A program made the position numbers and the translations under genes. A DNA stretch of 43,576 bases, taken from Dehalococcoidales bacterium. Lineage in GTDB: Bacteria > Chloroflexota > Dehalococcoidia > Dehalococcoidales > RBG-16-60-22. Each line of letters opens with the position of its first letter. Within the stretch, counting starts at the first letter, position 1. The DNA lies in assembly GCA_028706655.1 (NCBI GenBank), contig JAQTVW010000002.1, positions 1 to 43,576 on the forward strand. The letters run 5' to 3'. A model generated the notes under the pieces. The model was given only the letters and a program-made list of their open reading frames with translations, did no database searches and had not been told where the DNA came from. Positions 36,200 to 43,576 of the stretch are shown one piece after another.

Positions 36200-36991
36200 T
36201 TAAGGGTTGCGGAACAACTCCCGGTGTTCTGCCGGGAGCCGGTTGAATTCATCTTTGAGTATCCAGACCAGTTCTTCTTCACCCACTCCGCGGATAGCCG
36301 TGCGCCTGAGCATGAACCTGTCCCGGTAATTGTCCGGCATGGACTCCATCGCGGCGAAGCCGCGCTGGGCGAAGCAGAAGGTGACCGGTCCGACTTTCTG
36401 CAGCCGGGAAGCGATATTGATGCAGTGTCCTACATAATCCTTGCCGTCACCCACGGAAAAGACCCTGCCCCGCGCAATGCCGCAGCGGAGCACGTACGGC
36501 GCCTTGTCCACCGCCGCGCTGATTTGCGGCAGGAATTCCGTCTTATACGCATGCGAAACCTCGCACAGAAGCGTGAGAATGCGGCTGACCACCGGCCGGC
36601 TCATGCCGTTAGTATCCCAGAGGAACAGCACACCGTCGCCGTGGAATTTGGAAAGGAAGGGCAGTTCCGCCCATTTCTGATTGTTGCTGTCGGTAAGGCC
36701 TGCCGATATTTTATTGAACAGCCATTCCAGGAAATCCTTGAGGTAGGTGTGAATGGACAGGTGCTGATCGACCTGGTTGCAGAACTTGGTAAATCCGGCA
36801 AGATCGAACATGACCGCCATCGCCTCGATTTCTTTCGAGGGTAAACTTAAATCCCCCAGCATGGTGGAACTAAATGGCGCCGGCTGGAGTTTGTTCGCTG
36901 CTGACGGGTTCTTTGCCGGGCTCTTTTTGACTCTTTTCGCTGCAGACGCTTTGACCCGTCTTCTTACTCTTCTGATGATTACTCTGCCCAT
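36200..36991 (-). CDS. minimal class III nucleotidyl cyclase-domain protein with a polybasic N-terminus
   Basis: MFDLAGFTKF (metal Asp), KFHGDGVLFLW (second metal Asp plus Lys), RCGIARGRVFSVGDGKDYVGHCINIASRLQ (Asp, Asn and Arg of the catalytic core). The start is 1 nt after the upstream stop. Confidence 0.75.
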   Translation of the reverse strand: MGRVIIRRVRRRVKASAAKRVKKSPAKNPSAANKLQPAPFSSTMLGDLSLPSKEIEAMAVMFDLAGFTKFCNQVDQHLSIHTYLKDFLEWLFNKISAGLTDSNNQKWAELPFLSKFHGDGVLFLWDTNGMSRPVVSRILTLLCEVSHAYKTEFLPQISAAVDKAPYVLRCGIARGRVFSVGDGKDYVGHCINIASRLQKVGPVTFCFAQRGFAAMESMPDNYRDRFMLRRTAIRGVGEEELVWILKDEFNRLPAEHRELFRNP

Positions 36992-36992
36992 G

Positions 36993-37730
36993 TTATACTC
37001 TCACTTTGACAAACGGGAGAATTTGAATGCCCGTCTTCGGTTTTATCTCGAACTTGATGGTATCGCCAGAGCGTACCTCGGCGCCGCGTAATTTGCGGAT
37101 TTTTAATATTCTTACCGCGCGGTTGTCAATGCCCTCGGTCTTGAAAGCGGCTTCGTCCATGGTGATATGCAGATAATAGTCGCTCATATCGAAGATGCGC
37201 GTTGCCGTGGACTTTTCCAGCACGTGCGTACTGACCACCAGGATGACCGACCTGCCGCTGGCGCATTGTTCCTTGAAAGATTGGAACAGGTCCATCTTGG
37301 CGGCAGGGTTCATGCGCACCATAAAAGGAGTTGCCGCATCTATCACCACCACGTTGAAGCGTGCGGGCAGTCCGCGCACGGAATCTATAAGGTTTTCCGT
37401 AGTTTTTGCCAGGTTGCCGCGCACCACCAGAGAATGCAGAGAACTAATTCTGAGGCGGTCGGTGGTGTAAAAATGCTGCACCGGCAGAGACAGCATCTCC
37501 ATCTGCGTGATAAGGTCGGTGAAGTTGCCGTACATCGTATAGTAAGCGACGGAGTTGGTCGTGGCAAGCAGAGTGCTGAAGGTCAGGTGCTGGCACATCA
37601 CGCTCTTGCCTGATTTGGATTCGCCCTCGATAATCGCCAGGGAATTCGGCTGGATGCTGCCCCCGACGAGGGCGGCGATTTCCCGGCTTCCGCTGTTGAT
37701 GGCATCTGACGTACTTGTTACATTCAGCAT
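36993..37730 (-). CDS. KaiC/RecA-superfamily single-domain ATPase resembling archaellum ArlH (FlaH)
   Basis: LAIIEGESKSGKSVMCQHLTFSTLL (Walker A), VAYYTM, ITQMEMLSLPV, VVVIDAATPF (Walker B-like), C-terminal ILKIRKLRGAEV...IKFEIKPKTGIQILP; 245 aa. Confidence 0.75.
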   Translation of the reverse strand: MLNVTSTSDAINSGSREIAALVGGSIQPNSLAIIEGESKSGKSVMCQHLTFSTLLATTNSVAYYTMYGNFTDLITQMEMLSLPVQHFYTTDRLRISSLHSLVVRGNLAKTTENLIDSVRGLPARFNVVVIDAATPFMVRMNPAAKMDLFQSFKEQCASGRSVILVVSTHVLEKSTATRIFDMSDYYLHITMDEAAFKTEGIDNRAVRILKIRKLRGAEVRSGDTIKFEIKPKTGIQILPFVKVRV

Positions 37731-37970
37731 ATCAATCTAAAATACCGGATTCCGGCAATGCCGGTCAGTCCTTTGCACCTTGACCAGATTCTGACACTGT
37801 GCCGGTAAACGAAGAATAAAGTTACAGCGGGTGAAGATAAATTATCCATAAATAGCGCGTCGCCGGAGGGGCTTTACTTTCAACAATTTATTAGTTATGT
37901 TAAAATACTGGCGTAATTGTGAGCCATTGCCATTCCACGGTTTGTGCTCCGGCAATGGTGAGGAGGCGCG

Positions 37971-38864
37971 GTGCGAGAGGAAATTGAAAGCTTTCTGAAT
38001 TACCTGAATGTGGAAAAGGGTTTTTCCGGCAACACCCTTTCGGCATACCGGAATGACCTGAGCCAGATGGCGGAGTATGTGCAGAAGAAATCTGGCTCGT
38101 GGGTAAATTTCGACCGGCAGGGCATGCTGAGCTACATGCTTAGCCTAAAGGAAAGAAATTATGCCCCTACTACCGTCGCCCGTAAAGTCGCCGCGGCGCG
38201 CTCTTTCTTTGCTTTCCTGGTGGCGGAACGACTCATCAGGACCGACCCCACGGAAAATATGAGCTCGCCCAGCGTGGGCAAAGCGTTACCCAAGCCGATT
38301 TCCATCAGCCAGGTGCGGCGCTTGCTGGAACAGCCTGCCAAGCTGAATACCGCCGAAGCGAAAAGGGACAGCGTCATGCTGCAACTGCTTTATGCCAGCG
38401 GCATGAGAATCAGTGAAATGTCGGCGCTGAACATCGGCGATGTCGATGTCTCCGCCGGATTCGTCCGTTGTTTCGGCAAGGGGCACAAGGAACGCATCGT
38501 CCCCATCCACGAACAGGCGGCGCAGGCGGTCAAGACCTACATCGAAGAAGTACGTCCGCAGCTTGCCCACTCCGAAAACGAAAAGGCGCTCTTCCTTAAT
38601 GCCCGCGGCGAACGGCTGACCCGGCAGGGCTTCTGGCAGAAACTCAAAGAATACGCCAAAGCCGCCGACCTGGGTACCAAGGTCAGCCCCCATACCCTGC
38701 GCCACAGCTTCGCCACGCACATGCTCAGCGGCGGGGCAGACCTGAGGGCGGTGCAGGAGCTGCTGGGTCACGCCAACATCTCGACAACCCAGATTTATAC
38801 CCACCTGACCAACGAACATATCCGCCGCACGTATGAAAAAGCTCATCCCAGGGCGAAAGGCTAG
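37971..38864 (+). CDS. xerD: tyrosine site-specific recombinase XerD
   Basis: LTRQGFWQKLKEYA and RHSFATHMLSGGADLRAVQELLGHANISTTQIYTH (R-H-R-Y catalytic set). GTG start 4 nt after GAGGAGG. Confidence 0.85.
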   Translation: MREEIESFLNYLNVEKGFSGNTLSAYRNDLSQMAEYVQKKSGSWVNFDRQGMLSYMLSLKERNYAPTTVARKVAAARSFFAFLVAERLIRTDPTENMSSPSVGKALPKPISISQVRRLLEQPAKLNTAEAKRDSVMLQLLYASGMRISEMSALNIGDVDVSAGFVRCFGKGHKERIVPIHEQAAQAVKTYIEEVRPQLAHSENEKALFLNARGERLTRQGFWQKLKEYAKAADLGTKVSPHTLRHSFATHMLSGGADLRAVQELLGHANISTTQIYTHLTNEHIRRTYEKAHPRAKG

Positions 38865-38920
38865 CCCCGTAAACATAAAATAAGTCGCACTATTGTGCTC
38901 ACTAATCGAGGAGGTACCAG

Positions 38921-39178
38921 ATGCCAGGCAAGTCCCGTGGAAAGAAGCATATCGCACAGAGCCGCAAGGCTATGTTACGCACAGCAGGGCAACCCGCAGC
39001 AGAAGCTCAGGCTCCGGCAGTTACTGCGAATGCGGCAGCACCTGCCGCCCCGGTCAAGCGCACCGGGGGAGTCCCCGCATTGGCTTACCCGTTTGTGTCT
39101 CAGGAAGTGCGTCTGTTTAGCATGCTGGCGCTATTGATAGTGGTCATCCTCGTAATCTTGACCCTTACCTTTTCCTGA
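38921..39178 (+). CDS. small tail-anchored membrane protein, 85 aa
   Basis: GAGGAGG lies upstream. Basic N-terminus, Ala/Pro-rich middle, and C-terminal TM helix LFSMLALLIVVILVILTLTF. Confidence 0.55.
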   Translation: MPGKSRGKKHIAQSRKAMLRTAGQPAAEAQAPAVTANAAAPAAPVKRTGGVPALAYPFVSQEVRLFSMLALLIVVILVILTLTFS

Positions 39179-39317
39179 GCCGCCAGACAGTAATAGCTGC
39201 TTTTACCTGTTTTCCTTTTCGCGCAGCATCACCCATTGACGCAAAAATAGTAATTGCGTGATGTAAATATTTCTGTATTGACTTTGTTAAAAGTAGATAG
39301 ATTGATGAGGAGGAATC

Positions 39318-40451
39318 ATGGATTTTAATTTGACGCGGGAACAGGAAATGCTGCGGGACATGGTGCGGGAGTTCGCCCAGAGAGAGCTCGCGCCGAAGGC
39401 GCTGGCGCTGGATACTAAAGGCGAATTCATTCACGACATTATCAAGAAGACGGCAGACCTGGGACTGGTCGGCATTATTACTTCCAAGGAATTCGGCGGC
39501 ACCGGCATGGGTCATGTGGCGCGCATGATTATGATGGAAGAGCTATCAAAAGTCTATGCCTCGCTGGGCTTCTTCTTCCAGACGGGGCAAATCGGCATGT
39601 ATGCCATTGAAAACTTCGGCACGCCGGAGCAGAAGAAGAAATACCTGCCCGCCCTGTGCAAAGCGGACAAGGTGATTTCCACCGCGCTTACCGAAGCAGG
39701 CGGCGGCTCCGACGCGGCGGCGATTCAGACCACCGCCGTGCTTAATGGTGACGATTATATTATCAACGGGCGCAAGGTTATGATCAGTGAAGCTCCAGTC
39801 TGTGACTATGCCATTATCGTCGCGAAGACCGGCGACAAGTTCAGCGCCTTCCTCGTCGAAAAAGGTATGTCCGGCTTCACCACTTCCGGCAAAGAGAACT
39901 ACGTCGGGCTGCGCAGCCTGCCCGTCGGCGATCTCGTCTTCACCAACTGCAAAGTTCCCAAAGCCAACCTCATCGGGCAGGAAGGCAAGGGTCTGGCGGT
40001 CGCCATCGGCGGCATCTCCGCCGTCGGGCGCACCGGCGTGGCGGCGGTGGCGCTGGGCACTGCCGAAGGCTGCTATGCCGCGGCGGTAAAATATGCCAAG
40101 GAAAGAAAACTCTACGGCAAACCCATCGCCGAGCTCCAGGCAATCCAGTATATGCTCGTCGATTGCAACATGGAAATCGAAACCGCGCGCTGGCTCTGCT
40201 ACAAAGCTGCCTGCCTGCTCGACCAGGGCAAGAGCGCCCGTGATGCCGGCGACGATATCACCCGCGCCAAGCTCTACAGCTGCGATATCGCCAGCAAGGT
40301 CGCCCTGCGCGCCATCCAGGTCATGGGCGGCTATGGGACCATCCCGCAGTACGAAATCACCCGCCGCCTGAATGACTCCATCGAGCTGTTCACCGCGGCT
40401 GGCACCCAGGAAATCATGAAAAATACCCTGGCAAGGAGCATCATCGCGTAA
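39318..40451 (+). CDS. acyl-CoA dehydrogenase, copy 2
   Basis: TALTEAGGGSDAAA and QVMGGYGTIPQYEITRRLNDSIELFTAAGTQEI. GAGGAGG lies upstream. Confidence 0.92.
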   Translation: MDFNLTREQEMLRDMVREFAQRELAPKALALDTKGEFIHDIIKKTADLGLVGIITSKEFGGTGMGHVARMIMMEELSKVYASLGFFFQTGQIGMYAIENFGTPEQKKKYLPALCKADKVISTALTEAGGGSDAAAIQTTAVLNGDDYIINGRKVMISEAPVCDYAIIVAKTGDKFSAFLVEKGMSGFTTSGKENYVGLRSLPVGDLVFTNCKVPKANLIGQEGKGLAVAIGGISAVGRTGVAAVALGTAEGCYAAAVKYAKERKLYGKPIAELQAIQYMLVDCNMEIETARWLCYKAACLLDQGKSARDAGDDITRAKLYSCDIASKVALRAIQVMGGYGTIPQYEITRRLNDSIELFTAAGTQEIMKNTLARSIIA

Positions 40452-41251
40452 TGCCCGGCGACATTGTCGTCTGTATCAAGCAGGTGCCCCATCCGGACTA
40501 CCTCGCCAAACTCTCGCTGGATACCGGGAGAGGGACAGTCAACCGGGAGGGGGTGCCTGCGGTCATCAACCCGGCAGATAGAAACGCCATCGAAGCCGCC
40601 CTGCGCCTGAAAGAGGTGCTCGGCGGCTCGGTTTTTGCGCTCACGATGGGACCACCGGCGGCGCGCCAAGCCCTGGAAGATGCACTGGCAATGGGCGCTG
40701 ACAGAGCGATTCACCTCTGCGACCGTGCCTTTGCCGGTGCGGACACGCTGGCAACCGCTCAGGCGCTGGCGTGGGCCATCCGCAAGCTGGATGCAATCTC
40801 CCTTATCCTCTGCGGCGGCGCCACAATCGATAGCGGCACGGGACAGGTCGCGGTACAGCTTGCCGAGCTGCTCAATCTGCCCTGCGTTACCGATGTCGTA
40901 GAAATCACCGCGGAGTCTGCGCAGAGTCTCGTCATGAAGCGGGAATGGGAGCAGGGCTTTCTCCGGGTCAGGGCGAATCTCCCCGCGGTCGTTGCGGTCG
41001 ACGGTAAGGTAAACCAACCACGCCTCCCCAATGTGCTGGATATCATGGCGGCGCGGCAGAAGGAAATCCGGGAATGGTGCGCCGCGGATACCGGCGTCGC
41101 GCCTGCCTGCGTGGGACTGGCGGGCTCCCCGACGCAGTTCTGGCAGGTTAGCGAATTTCACGCCCGCCGGCACGGCGAAATTTTACAGAATCCGCCCGAT
41201 GAAGCTGTCGCCGCTGCTGTGGACAAACTTGTGAAACAGGGGCTTTTGTGA
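40451..41251 (+). CDS. etfB: electron transfer flavoprotein beta subunit, copy 2
   Basis: IVVCIKQVP and AFAGADTLATA. TAATG overlap with the ACAD stop. Confidence 0.9.
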   Translation: MPGDIVVCIKQVPHPDYLAKLSLDTGRGTVNREGVPAVINPADRNAIEAALRLKEVLGGSVFALTMGPPAARQALEDALAMGADRAIHLCDRAFAGADTLATAQALAWAIRKLDAISLILCGGATIDSGTGQVAVQLAELLNLPCVTDVVEITAESAQSLVMKREWEQGFLRVRANLPAVVAVDGKVNQPRLPNVLDIMAARQKEIREWCAADTGVAPACVGLAGSPTQFWQVSEFHARRHGEILQNPPDEAVAAAVDKLVKQGLL

Positions 41252-42273
41252 ATACGGTTAAGCAGGTCTGGGTCTGGGCGGAGCATTACCGGGGCAGCGT
41301 AAATCCCGCCGTCTTGGGACTGCTGGGCAAGGCACGCGAGCTGGCACATGAGATTGACGGCGGCAGTGTGGGTGTGGTGCTGGCAGGCGCAGACTCAAAA
41401 AATATTACCGATGAACTTTTCAACTATGGCGCGGACTTTATTTATCTGGCAGATGATACTTCTGTTAACCTTTCCGATACTGAATCATGCGCCCGACTTG
41501 TGGCGGAGCTTGCCCGGCAGTATCAGCCGGAGATAGTCCTCTGGGGTGCGACCGGTCCGGGCAAAGAAATCGCCGCGCGCACCGCGGTAAGGCTCAATAC
41601 CGGCTTGACCGCCCACTGCATCGCGTTGGACATCGTCGAGATTGACGGGCGGAAACAACTGGCGGCATCGGTGAGCGGGTGGGGCGGCAGCGCTGTTATC
41701 CGCATTACCTGTCCGAAGCAGCGCCCGCAGATGGTGACGGTCAAGGCGGGCATTTTCACTTCCGTTCGACCCGAAAAACGCACCGGCAAAATTATCCATG
41801 TCAAAATAACGCAAGAACCTGCCCGGCTGGAGACTATCGAAGTAATTGAGGCAACCGCGTCCGCCGGCTCGCTGGAGCAGGCGGAAGTAGTGGTGGCGGC
41901 AGGGTGGGGCATGAATAGCCTGGGCGGTATCGCGCAGGCTGAAGAGCTGGCTAACTTGCTCGGCGGCAGCGTGGGCGGCACGCGCCCCGCCGTAGATGCC
42001 GGCTGGATTTCCCATGATAGAATGATAGGGCAGAGCGGCATCAGCGTTGCGCCGCGGCTGCTCATTACCCTCGGCGTTTCGGGAGCGGCGCAATTTGCCA
42101 GCACGGTGACCGGCGCTAAATTTATCCTGGCGATTGATAAAAACCCTGATGCCCCCATCTTCGAGATGGCAGACCTGGGCATCGCCGGCGATTTGCAGGA
42201 AATCTTGCCGCGACTGATTACTAAAATCAGGGCGGTCAAAGGAAAAAGTTGGACTGACATCAGCAAAGAGTAA
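41248..42273 (+). CDS. etfA: electron transfer flavoprotein alpha subunit
   Basis: C-terminal FAD signature LGVSGAAQFASTVTGAKFILAIDKNPDAPIFEMADLGIAGD. GTGA overlap with etfB. Confidence 0.9.
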   Translation: MNTVKQVWVWAEHYRGSVNPAVLGLLGKARELAHEIDGGSVGVVLAGADSKNITDELFNYGADFIYLADDTSVNLSDTESCARLVAELARQYQPEIVLWGATGPGKEIAARTAVRLNTGLTAHCIALDIVEIDGRKQLAASVSGWGGSAVIRITCPKQRPQMVTVKAGIFTSVRPEKRTGKIIHVKITQEPARLETIEVIEATASAGSLEQAEVVVAAGWGMNSLGGIAQAEELANLLGGSVGGTRPAVDAGWISHDRMIGQSGISVAPRLLITLGVSGAAQFASTVTGAKFILAIDKNPDAPIFEMADLGIAGDLQEILPRLITKIRAVKGKSWTDISKE

Positions 42274-42291
42274 TTGAACAGGAGGTGCCAT

Positions 42292-42855
42292 ATGGATGTC
42301 ATAGAAGCCATTCAAGGTCGGCGGAGTATCCGCAAGTACAAGCCTGACCCGGTAGACGATAAGACAATTGCCGCTGTACTGGATGCGGCGCGCCTGGCAC
42401 CGTCCTGGGCGAATACCCAGTGCTGGCGTTTTATCGTCGTGCGGGATGCTGAGACGAAGAAAAAACTGGCGGAATGTGTCTATACCGGCAACTCGGCAAC
42501 CATCGCTGTTGAACAGGCGCCGGTGGTGATTGTCGCCTGCGCCAGAATGGGCGAAGCCGGCTTCCTCTACGACAAGACCGGTCCCGCTACCAGCAAGGGC
42601 GATATCTGGTATATGTTCGATGTCGCTACCGCGATGGCGCACCTCATGCTGGCGGCGTATGGAATGGGACTCGGTACGGTGCATGTCGGCGGTTTCAAGG
42701 CGAAGAAGGTGGAAGCTCTCATGTGCATTCCGGAAGGTTATGCCGTGGTGGAAATGACGCCGCTGGGCTATCCCGTGGACCGGCCTAAGCCACGCCCCCG
42801 CAAGACGCTGGAACAGATTGTTTTTTATGAGAAGTTCGGCAATGCGGGCAGGTAA
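42292..42855 (+). CDS. nitroreductase family protein
   Basis: RRSIRKYKPDPV and PSWANTQCWRFIVV. AGGAGG lies 6 nt upstream of the ATG at 42292 (track start 42274). Confidence 0.88.
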   Translation: MDVIEAIQGRRSIRKYKPDPVDDKTIAAVLDAARLAPSWANTQCWRFIVVRDAETKKKLAECVYTGNSATIAVEQAPVVIVACARMGEAGFLYDKTGPATSKGDIWYMFDVATAMAHLMLAAYGMGLGTVHVGGFKAKKVEALMCIPEGYAVVEMTPLGYPVDRPKPRPRKTLEQIVFYEKFGNAGR

Positions 42856-42863
42856 AGGACTGA

Positions 42864-43433
42864 TTGATGCAATTTAAAAGGTGGCTCCTCATCACGGCGG
42901 GCATATTCGTTTTCGGGTTTGTTGTGGGACTGGTCTTCAGCCTGGTCAAGCCGATGGATATTGCCCAACTCCTCTCAGAGGAAATGGCCGCCCTTGAGAG
43001 ATTAGCCGGCTCCCTGCGGCCTTTTACGCTCAACATGATGCTTTTTATTCTCACCCAGAACGCCTCCGCTTTGCTGCTGAGCTTCCTGCTCAGTCCGGTG
43101 CTCTGCCTGTTTCCGGTGCTGGCGGTCATGTTCAACGGGGGTCTGCTGGCTTTTGTCGCCGTGCTGGGTGCGCGGCAGGCGTCGGTGGGGTTTATCCTGG
43201 CGGGACTTTTACCGCACGGTGTCTTTGAAATCCCGGCGCTTATTATCGGCGAGGCAGCCGCTATCGGATTCGGCGCAACGGCGGTGGCAGCGGTATTTTC
43301 GCCGGCCCGCCGCAAACTGCTCATTCCGACCCTGAGGAACAACCTGCGCTATCTTGGCTTAGCCGGTGCCCTGCTGGTGCCCGCCGCCGCTATCGAAACC
43401 TTCATCACACCGCTGCTGTTAGGCATGAGATAG
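42864..43433 (+). CDS. SpoIIM/DUF95-family membrane protein
   Basis: Several TM helices and the family-typical LPHGVFEIPALIIGEAAAIGFG. Confidence 0.7.
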   Translation: MMQFKRWLLITAGIFVFGFVVGLVFSLVKPMDIAQLLSEEMAALERLAGSLRPFTLNMMLFILTQNASALLLSFLLSPVLCLFPVLAVMFNGGLLAFVAVLGARQASVGFILAGLLPHGVFEIPALIIGEAAAIGFGATAVAAVFSPARRKLLIPTLRNNLRYLGLAGALLVPAAAIETFITPLLLGMR

Positions 43434-43453
43434 CTTTAACGGAGTATCCCAAC

Positions 43454-43483
43454 TTGCCGCCTCTGCCTCAAGGCGGGTATAAT
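43454..43483 (+). promoter_or_regulatory. candidate sigma70-type promoter
   Basis: TTGCCG (43454-43459), 18-nt spacer, perfect TATAAT (43478-43483), 32 nt before the ATG at 43515. Confidence 0.35.
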
Positions 43484-43514
43484 GGTTTAAAAATCTGGTA
43501 AAGTGGGTGACGAG

Positions 43515-43576
43515 ATGGCGCAATATGGACTGGCTAACATTCGCAACACGGTATTACTTTCGCATGCTAACGCCGG
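43515..43576 (+). CDS. 5' end of a translational GTPase (EF-G-like), truncated by the window
   Basis: MAQYGLANIRNTVLLSHANA.. matches the IRN(h)hhhhH..GKT start of EF-G-family G domains. Only 20 codons are visible. Confidence 0.45.
   Translation, partial: MAQYGLANIRNTVLLSHANA

Noticed and set aside
36200-36991. Pycsar/CBASS-type defence cyclase
   Set aside because: No TIR, TM or other effector gene is adjacent. The gene is embedded co-directionally at the head of a pilus operon in GC-rich host DNA, and the specificity residues look purine-type. A regulatory role seems more likely, but this is not excluded.
37751-37957. 10-bp direct repeat TCCGGCAATG (37751-37760 and 37948-37957), and an 8-bp stem CCATTGCC/GGCAATGG before xerD
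   Set aside because: The repeats are short and GC-rich in GC-rich DNA, with no supporting context. They may be a 5'-UTR hairpin, but this is not supportable from sequence alone.
39239-39259. ACGCAA-N9-TTGCGT inverted repeat upstream of the second ACAD-etfBA operon as a repressor operator
   Set aside because: The arms are only 6 bp and there is no regulator gene nearby. It could easily be chance.

Overview
The window is a GC-rich bacterial chromosomal segment, mostly housekeeping and anaerobe-style energy metabolism. It holds a 5'-truncated gyrB, folE, and a DUF58/DUF4129/MoxR trio fused to a hom-thrC run. It also holds a parvulin-type PPIase, patatin-plsC-ispH, two acyl-CoA dehydrogenase/Etf loci, flavodoxin, TspO, crotonase, xerD, a nitroreductase and a SpoIIM-like protein. 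A type IV pilus operon runs pilB-pilC-pilO-pilMN-pilT.

The outstanding accessory feature is a 7,181-bp AT-rich island (about 20903-28092) inserted in the comM/yifB coding sequence by a large serine recombinase. Both junctions, a 9-bp shared core and an attP-like inverted repeat can be read directly from the sequence. The recombinase ORF runs across the junction. The cargo is a single-polypeptide type IIG restriction-modification enzyme, a block of small and medium genes with no recognisable family (297 aa, 56 aa, 120 aa, possibly another 56 aa), and a toxin-like 38-aa hydrophobic peptide.

Two host loci also look non-standard:
- A translationally coupled HAS-barrel-only protein plus HerA-like ATPase, preceded by two micro-ORFs.
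- An archaellum ArlH/FlaH-like KaiC-family ATPase plus a minimal class III nucleotide cyclase, placed at the head of the bacterial pilus operon.

Other observations are a secreted, extremely acidic, Pro/Thr-linked monohaem cytochrome c with no Met ligand, and a family of palindromic intergenic repeats. I found no rRNA, tRNA or CRISPR array. All functional calls come from motif recognition by eye, with no database search.
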